51,772 bases of DNA from Octopus bimaculoides (lineage: Eukaryota): assembly GCF_001194135.2 (NCBI RefSeq), contig NC_068987.1, forward strand, positions 87,825,609 through 87,877,380, written 5' to 3'. A program made the translations under genes and the position numbers. The notes beneath the pieces were generated by a model. The model was given only the letters and a program-made list of their open reading frames with translations. It ran no database searches and was not told the origin of the DNA. Below, one piece after another: positions 35,217 to 47,594 of this stretch. Each line of letters begins with the position of its first letter. Position 1 is the first letter of the stretch.

Positions 35217-36280
35217 CTGTTAATAGAAAACAAAGAAATACAACAAAAGACAAAAATAAAAACATTAGTCTAATACAAATGTTGCAGACTTTTTACTTCA
35301 CCTGTTGTGTCTGTTCCATTGTATATTATTTTGCAGTGAATTAATCTGATATAGTTACTATGATAGCAACACTCAAATATGGTATCTGCTATAAAGTTTC
35401 AGAATTCAGGTGTAACCAGTTTTTAAAAGACATCATCATCATCATCATCATTTAACGTCCGCTCTCCATGCTAGCATGGGTTGGACGATTTGACTGAGGA
35501 CTGGCAAACCAGATGGCTACCCCAGACTCAATATCTAATCTGGCAGAGTTTCTACAGCTGGATGCCCTTCCTAACGCCAACCACTCCGAGAGTGTAGTGG
35601 GTGCTTTTTACGTGCCACTGGCACAAGGGCCAGTCACACGGTACTGGCAATGGCCAGGCTCAAATGGTGTTTTTTACGTGCCACCTGCACAGGAGTCAGT
35701 CCAATGTTTTGTTCACATGCAACCGGCACGAGTGCCAGTAAGGCAAATCTGGAAACGATCGCACTCAAATGGTGCTTTTTACGTGCCACCAGCACGGGAG
35801 CGAGACAGCTGCTCTGGCAGTGATCCCGCCATAAATATTATAGTTGTGAGCGTGGCTATGTGGTTAAGAAGCTTGCTTTGCAACCATGTAGATTCAGGTT
35901 CAGTCCTACTGTGTAGTACCTTGGTATTTTGGGCAAGTGTCTTCTACTATAGCTCTGGGCCAACCAATGCCTTATGAGTGAATTTGATGTATCAAAATTG
36001 TATGGTAACTTTTCATCATCATCATCATTTAATGTCCATCTTCGATGCTGACATGGGTTGGATGGTTTGACAGGAGCTGGAAGCACAGAGGACTGATCCA
36101 ATCCCCACTGTCTGTTTTGGTATGGGTTTTATGACTGAATGCCCATCCTAACATCAACCACTTTACAGAGTGGACTGGGTCCTTTTTATGTGACACCAGC
36201 ACCAGGTCTACTTTGGCATGGTTTCTATAGCTGGATGCCCATCCCAAGACCAACCACTTTACTGAGTGGACTGGGTGCTT

Positions 36281-36312
<32 letters not shown>

Positions 36313-36421
36313 GAGTATATAGTAAAAATACTTTTTTAAATAAAAAAAAGAACATAATGATGAGGTAGAATAACAAACAAACATAGTGTATTAGGCTTAG
36401 ACTCATAAAAGTGGATGAAAA

Positions 36422-36457
36422 CTTTAATGTTTCAAGCAAGCACTCTTCTTCAGAAAG
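36422..36457 (-). ncRNA. Hammerhead-like motif with canonical CUGAAGA core in a diverged Penelope-like end
   Basis: CTTT-CTGAAGA-A-GAG-TGCTTG-CTT-GAAA-CA-TT-AAAG. Confidence 0.45.
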
Positions 36458-37835
36458 GATGGATGAAGAGAGGCAAAAACAGAGAGAAAAGAACAAACGT
36501 CTTATTTAGATTGTCTCCACAAGAGAGAGAGAGAATGAATATCTTATTATTGAAGTATATCTATATATATATATATATATATTGTTTTCTTTTACTCTTT
36601 TACTTGTTTCAGTCATTTGACTGCAGCCATACTGGAGCACTGCCTTTAGTCGAACAAATCGACCCCAGAACTTATTCTTTGTAAGCCTAGTACTTATTCT
36701 ATCGGTCTCTTTTGCCAAACCACTAACTTACAGGGACGTAAACATACCAGCATCGGTTGTCAAGTGATGTTGGGGGACAGACACACAAACACACACATAT
36801 ATACATATATACGACAGGCTTCTTTCAGTTTCCATCTACCAAATCCACTCACAAGGCTTTGGCTGGCCCGAGGCTATAGGAGAAGACACTTACCACACAG
36901 CCACTCCTGCACCTATACATATACATATACATATGTATATGTATATATATTTTAGCAATGTGATATAAAGGATCAGCAAAGAAACTTATAAACTGCTGTT
37001 TGCAAACAAAAATCCTGTGTGGTATTTAGTTTCACCCATGTTGCATATGAATCCCTTATCACTCTCATCATTGTAGTAAACACAATAAACTTGCAACTGA
37101 CTCCTCTAATCAATGATATCATTGTTCACAAAAACTGATATCTAATCTCAACAAAGTTGAATGAAACTGAACCAAGTAAAAATAAAGAACAAAAAAAAAT
37201 ATCGTGTTCAAGTTCTCTCCAGCGATATTCATTCCTCAATTATTTTAGAGCTAGTATAAATATATATTCTTACACAGAATTAATCTGAAGATACTATTGT
37301 AAGGATTGTGCTATTTATATATTGGAAATGATTACCAAGAAGTTAGAATTCTGATTGTTGTTTCATTTTGTTTTTAAAGATAACAGGAAGATTTTTGAAT
37401 GGGATCTGGCTGTCACATACGTAGGTGGACTGATGACACACACATTGTTTAGCAATGTTTATTCAATAGCTTCAAAGTACACTGTTATATTTGTACAATA
37501 TACAATAATAGACTATTTCTATGGTTTCTATATTACGATGGTATTATATTGATATATTTTGAAATATTTATTCAGCTTTATATCTATACAACTCAGTTGT
37601 ATAACTGTACAACAATATATCTATCTATATAACCATATGTTGAAACATATGTGAGTATATTTTTACAACTAATGTATCAGTCTCAATCATATTTGATAAT
37701 TAGAAAATTACTAATCTCACAATGAGATTTAAAAATAGTAATTTTCTAATTTATAGATCAGTGACTAGTTGTCACTTTGAAAACTATATATTTCGAATGG
37801 GAATTTGGCAGCACCACCTCTAGCCAAACAATTAT

Positions 37836-37880
37836 TCTGTGCTGATGAAGGGAAATAACCTGGAAATCGTGATATACAGA
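37836..37880 (+). ncRNA. Minimal type I hammerhead ribozyme motif, repeat unit 1
   Basis: TCTGTG-CTGATGA-AGGGAAATAACCT-G-GAAA-T-CGTG-A-TA-TACAGA: canonical core, helix I TCTGTG/TACAGA, NUH triplet ATA. Confidence 0.65.
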
Positions 37881-38189
37881 TATTGTTTTGAGCTGAGTGA
37901 GGGTGCTAGATTCCCTTGTTCGAAAATATAAGGACGCAGATCATGTCATATAGCCAGCTGGAGACGATGTTTCCTGGGGCTAAATTACAGCAATATTCGT
38001 CCTAAACCAGGACTGCCATGTTATGTTGGCAAACAATCTTTACTCCAAAGTACTGTTGCTGAATATTCTCTCGTTGTGAGATTTACAAATAGTAATTTTC
38101 TAATTTACAGATTAGTGACTGGTTGTCATTTTGAAAACTATATATTTCGAACGGGAATTTGGCAGTGCCACCTCTAGCAGAACAATTAT

Positions 38190-38234
38190 TCTGTGCTGAT
38201 GAAGGGAAATAACCCAGAAATTGCAATACACATA
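38190..38234 (+). ncRNA. Minimal type I hammerhead ribozyme motif, repeat unit 2
   Basis: TCTGTG-CTGATGA-A-GGG-AAATAA-CCC-A-GAAA-T-TGCA-A-TA-CACATA: palindromic helix III loop TGCA. Confidence 0.65.
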
Positions 38235-38655
38235 TCATTTTGAGCTGAGTTGGGGTGCTAGATTCCTTTGTTCGAAAATATAAGGACACAGATTGTGTCG
38301 TATAGCCAGCTGGAGATGATGTGTATGTGTCTTTGTGTCTGTTTGTCCCCACTGCTGCTTGACAATTGGTGCTAGTGTGTTTAGATCCCCATGATTTAGC
38401 GCTTCAACAAAAGTGACCAATAGAATAAATACCAGGCTAAAAAAAATTAAAATACTGTGGTTGATTCATTCAAGTAAAAATTCTTCGAGGGCTGCCCCAG
38501 CATGACCACAGTCTAATGACTGAAACAAGTAAAAGCTACAAGTAAAAAATATTAAAACAGTATGGGTCGGAAGAGCAACTGCCTGACATTGTGATCCCTA
38601 AGTTTCCCCATTGAGCTTGTCTTAATGATGATAACGGTTTAAATATTGCACCAAC

Positions 38656-38861
38656 CTTTGTTCAAGATTTCTGCTTCGAAAGCTTTGATATAACCAGTGT
38701 CAGCATCATAGTACCACCTTTGGTGGGCCTCTCCATACTTGTGTCCTTTCTTGGCTTTCAAAATGACAGAACAGCCTATGTAGGATATTTGGCTCTCTGT
38801 GCCAGAAAGTGGCATTGAAACAGTCAAAACCAAATTGTGGCCACACCGCGAACGGATTTCC
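38656..38861 (-). CDS. DCDC1: DCDC1 exon: EIRSRCGHNLVLTVSMPLSGTESQISYIGCSVILKAKKGHKYGEAHQRWYYDADTGYIKAFEAEILNK, ricin-B repeat
   Basis: Acceptor ttttttctgacag, donor gttggt, 206 nt, phase 2 to 1; ORF 38639-38896. Confidence 0.9.
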
Positions 38862-39379
38862 CTGTCAGAAAAAAGCAAAACAACATAAAAATACATTATT
38901 TACATTTGATGGATATTTATCCTCATCTTGTTGTTAACACAATGTTTTGGCTGATATACCCTCCAGACTTCATTCACCTGCATAGGTGAAGATACGTAGC
39001 ACTCCTTCGGTTACGATGACGAGGGTTCCAGTTGATCCGATCAACGGAACAGCCTGCTTGTGAAATTAACGTGCAAGTGGCTGAGCACTCCACAGACATG
39101 TGTACCCTTAACGTAGTTCTCAGGAAGATTTAGCATGACACAAAGTGTGTCAAGGCTGGCCCCTTTGAAATACAGGCACAACAGAAACAGGAAGAAAGAG
39201 TGAGAGAAAGTTGTGGTGAAAGAGTACAGCAGGGTTCGCCGCCATCCCCTGCTGGATCCTTGTGGGTCTTTAAGTGTTTTCACTCAATAAGCACTCACAA
39301 CGCCCGGTCTGGGAATCGAAACCCTGATTGTACGACTGCAAGTCCGCTGCCCTAACCACTGGGCCATTGCGCTACCACA

Positions 39380-39510
39380 GTGAAGATCTGCAATGGGATT
39401 GAATAGTCATCTGAGAAGTCATGGATGGAAAGTCAGAAAATGCCATTGACAATGAGGAAGCACATGGAGATGGCAATCGTCTGTGAGGATGGAGCAATTA
39501 CAATTTATAA
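39380..39510 (+). mobile_element. RTE-like 3' remnant (zinc finger end)
   Basis: (C>stop)RSAMGLNSHLRSHG resembles the C.SRIGL.SH.R.H motif at RTE ORF ends. Confidence 0.4.
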
Positions 39511-39731
39511 GAAGAAATCAAGTGAAAACTGATCAAAAGTTAAAGAAATAATGTCCAAAACTAGAAAACCGGAACAAGTAAGGTTAAAATTTTTGAAAAT
39601 TGAAGGAGCTTTTGTCATAACTTCTCTGAGTAATTCAAAAGTTTATTTGCAGTGTTTTTCCATGAAAAACTTAGATATAAACTGGTTTAGATTCACAACA
39701 TGGCTGGGTATTTAATTTGAAGTGACCTCAC

Positions 39732-39923
39732 CCATCAGATTGTATTATCCAGCGTTGGTTAATGTCATCAGGTGAACGTTTCATAAGAATAACATCAGCT
39801 AAGCGACTGTCGTTTTGCACAGCAGTTAAGACAAGGTTTGGGCTTTCTGCACAAGCTATATAACCATCTTCATAAGTGAATTTCTGTAAGTCTTCCGGAC
39901 TCGTGAAATGTGGAACATTAACT
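39732..39923 (-). CDS. DCDC1: DCDC1 exon: KVNVPHFTSPEDLQKFTYEDGYIACAESPNLVLTAVQNDSRLADVILMKRSPDDINQRWIIQSDG, ricin-B repeat
   Basis: Acceptor gtcatttcag, donor gtgagg, 192 nt, phase 2 to 2; NLVL...QRW beta-trefoil motif. Confidence 0.9.
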
Positions 39924-40823
39924 CTGAAATGACAACAACAACGATAATAGTAATAATAATAATGGTTTCAAATTTTGGCACAAGGCCAGCAAATTTGGGG
40001 GAGGGGAAAGTAGATTACATCAACACTCATGCTCATCATCATCATCATTTAACATCTGCTTTCCATGCAAGCATGGGTTGGACGATTTGACTGGGAACTG
40101 GCAAACCAGATGGCTACACCAGACTCCAGTTTGATCTGGCAGAATTTCTACAACTGGACACCCTTCCTAACGCCAACCACTCCGAGAGTGGTATTTATTT
40201 TATTGACCCCCAAAAGAATGAAAGGCAGAATTTGAACTCAGGACATAAAGACAAACAAAATGCCGCTAAGTATTTTGTCTGGCATTTTAACCATATTAAC
40301 AATTCTGCCAGCTCACCGCCTTAATAATAACAATAATAATAACAATAATGATAACAGTAATGAATTCAAATTTTGGCACAAGGCCAGCAATTTTAGGAGA
40401 TGGATAAGTCAATTACAGTGACACAATACTCAATTAGTACTTAGCCTTTCATCCTTTCAGGGTTGATAAGATAAGTCGAAAATAGAAATATTAATATTTC
40501 TAAATCTCTCTAAAGGAGACTACGGCAGCGGTACTGGATATTAATAGTTATCGCCAAGCTAACATGGCAGTCCAGGAAAATAGGACAAATGCTGCTGTTG
40601 ATTAGCTCCAAGAGGCCATCGCCTCTAGCTACCTATGTGACAAACGAACCTGTGTCCATTATAACCCTGTTCGAAGGTTATAATGGACACAGGTTTGTGT
40701 GTCACATAGCTAGAGGCGATGGTCTCGTCAACCTTAGCAGAATTTGAACTCAGAATGTTGCAATGGATAAAATGCCACTAAGCATTTTGTCCCATGTGCT
40801 AACGATTCTGTCATTTCACAACC

Positions 40824-40867
<44 letters not shown>

Positions 40868-40874
40868 TATAATA

Positions 40875-41325
40875 GGGCTACAGCAAATATTCTGCTTAAT
40901 ACCACAGATTTGCTTGTCAGTTGTTTGACCTTAACCAGTTGAGCATGTCCCTTGGTGGCTGACGATATGTGCATCTCTGATCACGAGCAGAAGTAGTGGG
41001 GGAGCATCATAGCCATGTGTTGAGAGGAATTCTTTGGGGGTTTGGATAATTCACCTTTGGAAACATGGGTGTTTTGCACAACATCCTTAAACAAACCTTA
41101 TTCAGGGACCTTTTGAGCGGGATGGGCTACTCGACCTGAACACAATTCTAACTGGACCCCACCTGCAAGGTCATGCACTGTTGAGATTACCATGTCACGC
41201 ACATGTGGTTGTGATGCATATGCCTGGTGCACCCTTATCAGACAGGTAGTCATGATGGGTATAATGGGCTTTGTATAATTGTACCTCAGTGTTACTCTGG
41301 TGGCAAGCACTGCTCTCTCTCACTC
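40875..41325. mobile_element. Unclassified interspersed repeat embedded in (AAT)n on both sides
   Basis: Higher-GC 450-bp block with sharp boundaries at AAT tracts; single copy here, so repetitiveness is inferred. Confidence 0.4.
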
Positions 41326-41376
<51 letters not shown>

Positions 41377-41879
41377 CTTTTCTACTCTAGGCACAAGGTC
41401 CGAAATTTTTGGAGAGGAAACCAGTCAATTAGCTCAACCCCAGTATGTAACTGGTACTTAATTTATCGACCCTGAGAGGATGAAAGGCAAAATCAACCTC
41501 GGAGGAATTTGAACTCAGAACCTAAAGGCAGACGAAATACCGTTAACCATTTCACCCAGCGTGCTAATCTTTCTACCAGCTCACCGCCTTAATAATAATA
41601 ATAATGATGATGTAGGGTTTTCGAGCGAGATCGTTGCCAGTGCCCCTGGACTGGCTCTTGTGCGGGTGGCACATAAAAGACACCGTTTCGAGCGTGGCCG
41701 TTTTCGTGTGGGTGACACGTAAAAACACCCACTACACTCTCTGAGTGGTTGGCGTTAGGAAGGGCATCCAGCTGTAGAAACTCTGCCAAATTAGATTGGA
41801 GCCTGGTGTAGCCATCCGGTTGCACCAGTCCTCAGTCAAATCGTCCAACCTATGCTAGCATGGAAAGCGGACGTTAAAC

Positions 41880-41916
<37 letters not shown>

Positions 41917-43334
41917 GTGATGGTGATGGTGATGATGATGATGATGATGACGACAATGATGATTTAGGTACAAGACCATTAATTTTCAGAAGAAGGTGCT
42001 AATCGATGCCGTCACCTTCAGTATTGATACTTTATCTTATCTACCCCAGAGAGACAAAAATCAAAATTGACCCAAGTGGGGAATGAATTCAGAACCTATG
42101 CACAATGAAAACTATAAATATTACAACAAGAATAGGGAAACAATCACAAACTGAAATCTATTATTCTGACGTGAAAATTCCTACCTGAAGAAAAAAAAAA
42201 CAAAAAAACAGGAGATATTTCATCTTCTCAGCTCTCTAACTTACACAATCATTTTATATCTGTGTGATTTTTTTGACACACTTAATCAAAACTATGAAAT
42301 GGTTGTCACATGTTACAGATGTGAGTCCGTGATAAGGTTTTTATTCTTAATTGAAAATGTTCCCCTTCACTCGTGAGATGAAATTTACTTGAAAAGGTAA
42401 GAGGCATGGCAGTGTGGTAAGAAGTTTGCTTCCCAATCACATGGTTCCAGGTTCAGTTCCACTGTGTGGCTCTTTGGGCAAATGCCTTCTCCTATAGTCT
42501 CAGGCCAACTAAAGCCTTCTGCGTGGATTTGGTAGATGGAAACTGAAAGAAGCCCATTGTGTGTGTGTGTGTGTGTGTGCGTGTGTGTGTGCGTGCGTGT
42601 GCATCTGTGTGCCTTTCTGTTTGTCTCCCGCCACTGCATGACAACCAGTGTTGGTTTGTTTACATCCCTGCAACTTAGTGGTTTAGCAAGAGAGACCAAT
42701 AGAATAAGTAGAATGAGTACTGGGGTCGAGTCCTTTGACCAAAATTCTTCAAGGCTGTGCCCCAGCATGGCCACAGTCTAACAACTGAAAGACATGTACA
42801 GGAGTTGTTTTTGTGTTCGAATGTAACTATGTAAGGCTGTAACTTGAGTGAAGTGTTACTAATTTTGGTGAACCCTGCTGTACTCTTTCATCACAACTTT
42901 CTCTCACTCTTTCTTCCTGTTTCTGTTGTACCTGTAATTCAAAGGGGCCAGCCTTGTCACACTCTGTGTCACGCTGGATCTCCTCGAGAATTACGTTAAA
43001 GGGTACACGTGTCTGTGGAGTGCTCAGCCAGTTACATGTTAATTTTATGAATAGGCTGTTCCGTTGATCGGATCAACTGGAACCCTCGTCGTCGTAACCG
43101 ACGGAGTGCCACGATAGACACAAGCAAAAGGTAGAAGATATAAAAACTGTGACATAAATTAAAAAGTGGTGAGTAGAAAACTTGCCTTAACAAATTCCAC
43201 CTGACCCATGCAAGCATGCAAAAGTGGATGTTAAATGATGATGATGATGATGGTTTCATTTCATTTTTAGCTTTAAGGCCACATATCTATACACGTGCAA
43301 AGAAATGTGTGGAGTAGACGAATGTGAAACTTAC

Positions 43335-43496
43335 TTGTTTTTCAGATTCTGCTTCTCGGACACAGGGTCTTCTTCAACATTTTCTTCTTCTTCGTCATTT
43401 GTACAGTTCTCTACATTGACAAGACATTCCCAGGGCCATTTCAGTTTATTCATGTAAATATCGGAATACATGTGAGAAATATCATGGCAGGATTTG
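43335..43496 (-). CDS. DCDC1: DCDC1 exon: HKSCHDISHMYSDIYMNKLKWPWECLVNVENCTNDEEEENVEEDPVSEKQNLKN
   Basis: Acceptor tgttctttcag, donor gtaagt, 162 nt, phase 2 to 2, open frame. Confidence 0.85.
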
Positions 43497-43668
43497 CTGA
43501 AAGAACAACAGGAGATGATTCAAAATGATTTTTATGATGTGTTCTTGTGATGTCATGTGAGACAGTTCTTCTCAAACTATCTGATGTGGTGTACTGGCAG
43601 TTTTTGTTTCCCAATGTGCCAGAGACCGGTAATATTTCTTAGTAATATTAATTTATACCAGAAACAAT

Positions 43669-44119
43669 GTTGGCACTCCGTCGGTTACAACGACGAGGGT
43701 TCCAGTTGATCCGATCAACAGAACAGCCTGCTCGTGAAATTAATGTGCAAGTAGCTGAGCACTCCACAGACACGTGTACCCTTAACGTAGTTCTCGGGGA
43801 TATTCAGCGTGACACACTGTGACAAGGCTGACCCTTTGAATTACAGGCACAACAGAAACAGGAAGTAAGAGTGAGAGAAAGTTGTGGTGGAAGAGTACAG
43901 CAGGGTTCGCCACCATCCCCTGCCGGAGCCTCGTGGAGCTTTAGATGTTTTCGNNNNNNNNNNNNNNNNNNNNNNNNNNNNNNNNNNNNNNNNNNNNNNN
44001 NNNNNNNNNNNNNNNNNNNNNNNNNNNNNNNNNNNNNNNNNNNNNNNNNNNNNNNNNNNNNNNNNNNNNNNNNNNNNNNNNNNNCCGCTGCCCTAACCAC
44101 TGGGCCATTGCGCCTCCAC
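43669..44119 (-). mobile_element. SINE family D (tRNA-like head gtggaggcgcaatggcccagtggttagggcagcgg), spans a gap
   Basis: 12-bp TSD accagaaacaat at 43657-43668 and 44120-44131. Confidence 0.88.
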
Positions 44120-44187
44120 ACCAGAAACAATATATATAAGGAATATAATAAAAGTTGACAATTTTTTTTATCTATTTGCCAACAAAT

Positions 44188-44577
44188 AGGAGCAGCAGTA
44201 GCTGTGTGGTAAGTAGCTTGCTTACCTACCACATGGTTCCGGGTTCCGTCCCACTGCATGACACCTTGGGCAAGTGCCTTCTACTGTAGCCTCGGGCCGA
44301 CCAAAACCTTGTGAGTGAATTTGGTAGACGGAAACTGAAAGAAGCTCATCGTATATATATATATATATGTATGTGCGTGTATATGTTTGTCCCCCGAACA
44401 TTGCTTGACAACTGATGCTGGTGTGTTTACGTCCCGTTACTTAGCGGTTCGGCAAAAGAGAGCCGATAGAATAAGTACTAGCCTTACAAAGAATAAGTCC
44501 TGTGAGCGATTTGCTCGACTAAATGTGGTGTTCCAGCATTGCCATAGTCAAATGGCTGAAACAAATAAAAGTATAAA
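44188..44577 (+). mobile_element. SINE family B, near full length
   Basis: A-box/B-box-like head; internal TA/TG microsatellite. Confidence 0.85.
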
Positions 44578-45104
44578 ATTGAAAAAAATTTTAGTAGGTG
44601 ACCCTTCTTAGTTAACAAATGAGATTTCTAATTTAGAAAGTATGATCAAATCTAAAGTGTAGAGAGGCGATTCTAGATGCCTAAGGACCAGTCCACTCTG
44701 TAAAGTGGCTGGCATTAAGAAGGGCATCCAGCAGTGAAAACCATGCCAAAGCAGACAATGGAGCTTGGCACAGTCCACTGGCTTGCCGGCTCCTGTTAAA
44801 ACATCCAAAATATGCCTGCATGGAAGACAGATGATGATGATGATGAAGATGATGATGATGTCATTCTGGCAGATTTGAATGCAGATATTCTTTTACTCTT
44901 TTATTTGTTTCAGTCATTTGACTGTGGCCATGCTAGAGCACCACCTTTAGTTGAACTAATCGACCCCACGACTTATTCTTGGTAAGCCTAGTACTTATTC
45001 TATCGGTCTCTTTTGCCAAACCACTAACTTACAGGGACATAAACACACCAGCATCAATTGTCAAGCGATGTTGGGGGGACAAACACAGACACACATACAT
45101 ATTC

Positions 45105-45147
<43 letters not shown>

Positions 45148-47291
45148 TATATACGATGGGCTTCTTTCAGTTTCCGTCTACCAAATCCACTCACCATGTG
45201 GTTGGTAAGCAAGCTACTTACCACACAGCCATTCCTGCGCTTATATGCTAATTACTGTTGTGTTTTGCCCCACAAGAACTGAAATTCTCCTTATTCTGAT
45301 GGAGTGAGTGTGTTATAAACACACATTCGACTCCAAGAATTTGTTCTCCTGTGATACAACTTCACAGTGATTAGCATACTCATGTTCAAATGTGCTAGAA
45401 TATATTAAAAATCAATATACCAGTCTTCATTTTGATTCTCACTGATCACCAAGCATATGATGATTTACCATTATAAAGACATTCAATTAGAAGAATTAAC
45501 TCGATTCAACTGATAATCAGAACTTGTAAATCAATAGAGTTTAATTAAATCTACTTGATCAATAATGAAAAGATACAGAATTCCATATGATTGACGAAGA
45601 AATTTATAATGCATCACTAATTAATCATTGATGTAGCTGCAGAGAATTTAATTTTAGGATTAAATCTTATGTGTTCTCATGAGGAGAGCATAGTAGTGAT
45701 CTTAGATAGGCCCAGGGTCACACATTCAGATGTTTGTGCATGTGAGAGCATTTGATTACATTGGTTCCAAATTTTGGCACAAGGCCAGCAATTTTGGAGT
45801 AGAAGGTAACCTCCAAAGTTCAACTGGCACTTATTTCATCAACCCCAAAAGGTGAAGTTGACCTTGTGATATGTCCTGCATTATGATGACGTATTTCGTT
45901 GTCTGTGTAACTGGTCCAAATGGCATACCTCACCGACTGACACTGCTTGCTGTGTCTGTCCACTATTTATCAGTAGTGGAACAGCCCACTTTTCACTAGG
46001 GGGTGTTCGCCACAACACTTTGATAGAAATTGAACTCAGAACAAGAAGACCAATGAAATACTGCTAAGCATTCTGCCTGGTGGAATGGAAACAACTCTGC
46101 CAGCTCACTGCCTTTCTTTATGTTGACTCAATTACAAACAAATTAGGTGGGGAAGGCATGGGTGTAGCCTGTCTCAGGTGATGATTTTATGGGGGGGGGT
46201 GACACTTTTGGATCTGCTGTATAAGTCTATAAAGAGAGTCGGGGTGGAAAATCAAGGGCTACCCAGGGTGGCACAAACTCTAGCTACACCATTGCTCATG
46301 TACTTCATTTAATATATTCATTCAGAAGAATGAAAAATAAGTTGACTTTGTTAGGATTTGAACTCAGAATCTCTAGGACCATGACTGAATACCTCAAGGC
46401 ATTTTTATGCTCTACTCTGGCCCTCCATCAGTTGCAATGGCAAGGATTTCAGCTGATGCAATCAACTATTAACTCATCAGCCTGTTTCTGAAATCAATGT
46501 GCAAGTGGCTGAGTATTCCACAGATACGCGTACCTTTAAAGTTCTCAGAGAGATTCAGCATGACACAGAATGTGACAAAGTTGGCCTTTTGAATTACAGG
46601 TACAATTCAAATTTAAATAAGGGTGACAAATTGAATATTAATTAGATTAATATCAATTTAAAACCAGTGGCCTAGCAAATTAAAAATCTGAAGATTCAGA
46701 AAAAAATTCATATTACAAACATGTAAGAGGGATGACCACTAAGTGGTCAGACTGTAGCTGGTCTTCTTCTAGCAAAAGGGATGTCCACTTAGTGGTCATC
46801 TCTCTTACATGTTTGTAATATGAATTTTTTCTGAATCTTCAGATTTTTAATTTGCTAGGCCACTGNNNNNNNNNNNNNNNNNNNNNNNNNNNNNNNNNNN
46901 NNNNNNNNNNNNNNNNNNNNNNNNNNNNNNNNNNNNNNNNNNNNNNNNNNNNNNNNNNNNNNNNNNNNNNNNNNNNNNNNNNNNNNNNNNNNNNNNNNNN
47001 NNNNNNNNNNNNNNNNNNNNNNNNNNNNNNNNNNNNNNNNNNNNNNNNNNNNNNNNNNNNNNNNNNNNNNNNNNNNNNNNNNNNNNNNNNNNNNNNNNNN
47101 NNNNNNNNNNNNNNNNNNNNNNNNNNNNNNNNNNNNNNNNNNNNNNNNNNNNNNNNNNNNNNNNNNNNNNNNNNNNNNNNNNNNNNNNNNNNNNNNNNNN
47201 NNNNNNNNNNNNNNNNNNNNNNNNNNNNNNNNNNNNNNNNNNNNNNNNNNNNNNNNNNNNNNNNNNNNNNNNNNNNNNNNNNNNNNNNNNN

Positions 47292-47332
<41 letters not shown>

Positions 47333-47594
47333 GGGCTTCTTTCAGTTTCCATCTACTAAATCCCCTCACAAGGCTTTGGTTGGCCTAAGGCTATAGTAGA
47401 AGACACTTACCCAATGTGCCATGCACTGGGATAGAGCCTGGAACCATGTGGTTGGGAAGCAAACATCTTACCACATGGCTACGTCGGGTTTAATTGTATA
47501 ATTTAAATAGAACACCTCTGTACATATCTTAGAAGTGAGAGAGGTATGAAGGCTTTGTTGTTCATTGTAAATGTTTCGCTTGAAGATTATTGAA

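Larger units (their letters stand above)
37723..38322 (+). repeat. Head-to-tail 354-bp direct repeat (one full unit plus one truncated), each unit carrying a hammerhead motif
   Basis: 37723-38076 aligns with 38077-38322 at a constant 354-nt offset; the second copy is cut where a SINE tail begins. Confidence 0.85.

Noticed and set aside
37355-37552. TYVG peptide upstream of the 354-bp repeat as a possible GIY-YIG remnant
   Set aside because: A four-residue match without supporting motifs is not evidence.
38895-38980. Eighth hammerhead-like Penelope end on the minus strand
   Set aside because: The core and GAAA are both mutated (gtgaatga, caaaac); it is a fossil at best and is not listed as an RNA feature.
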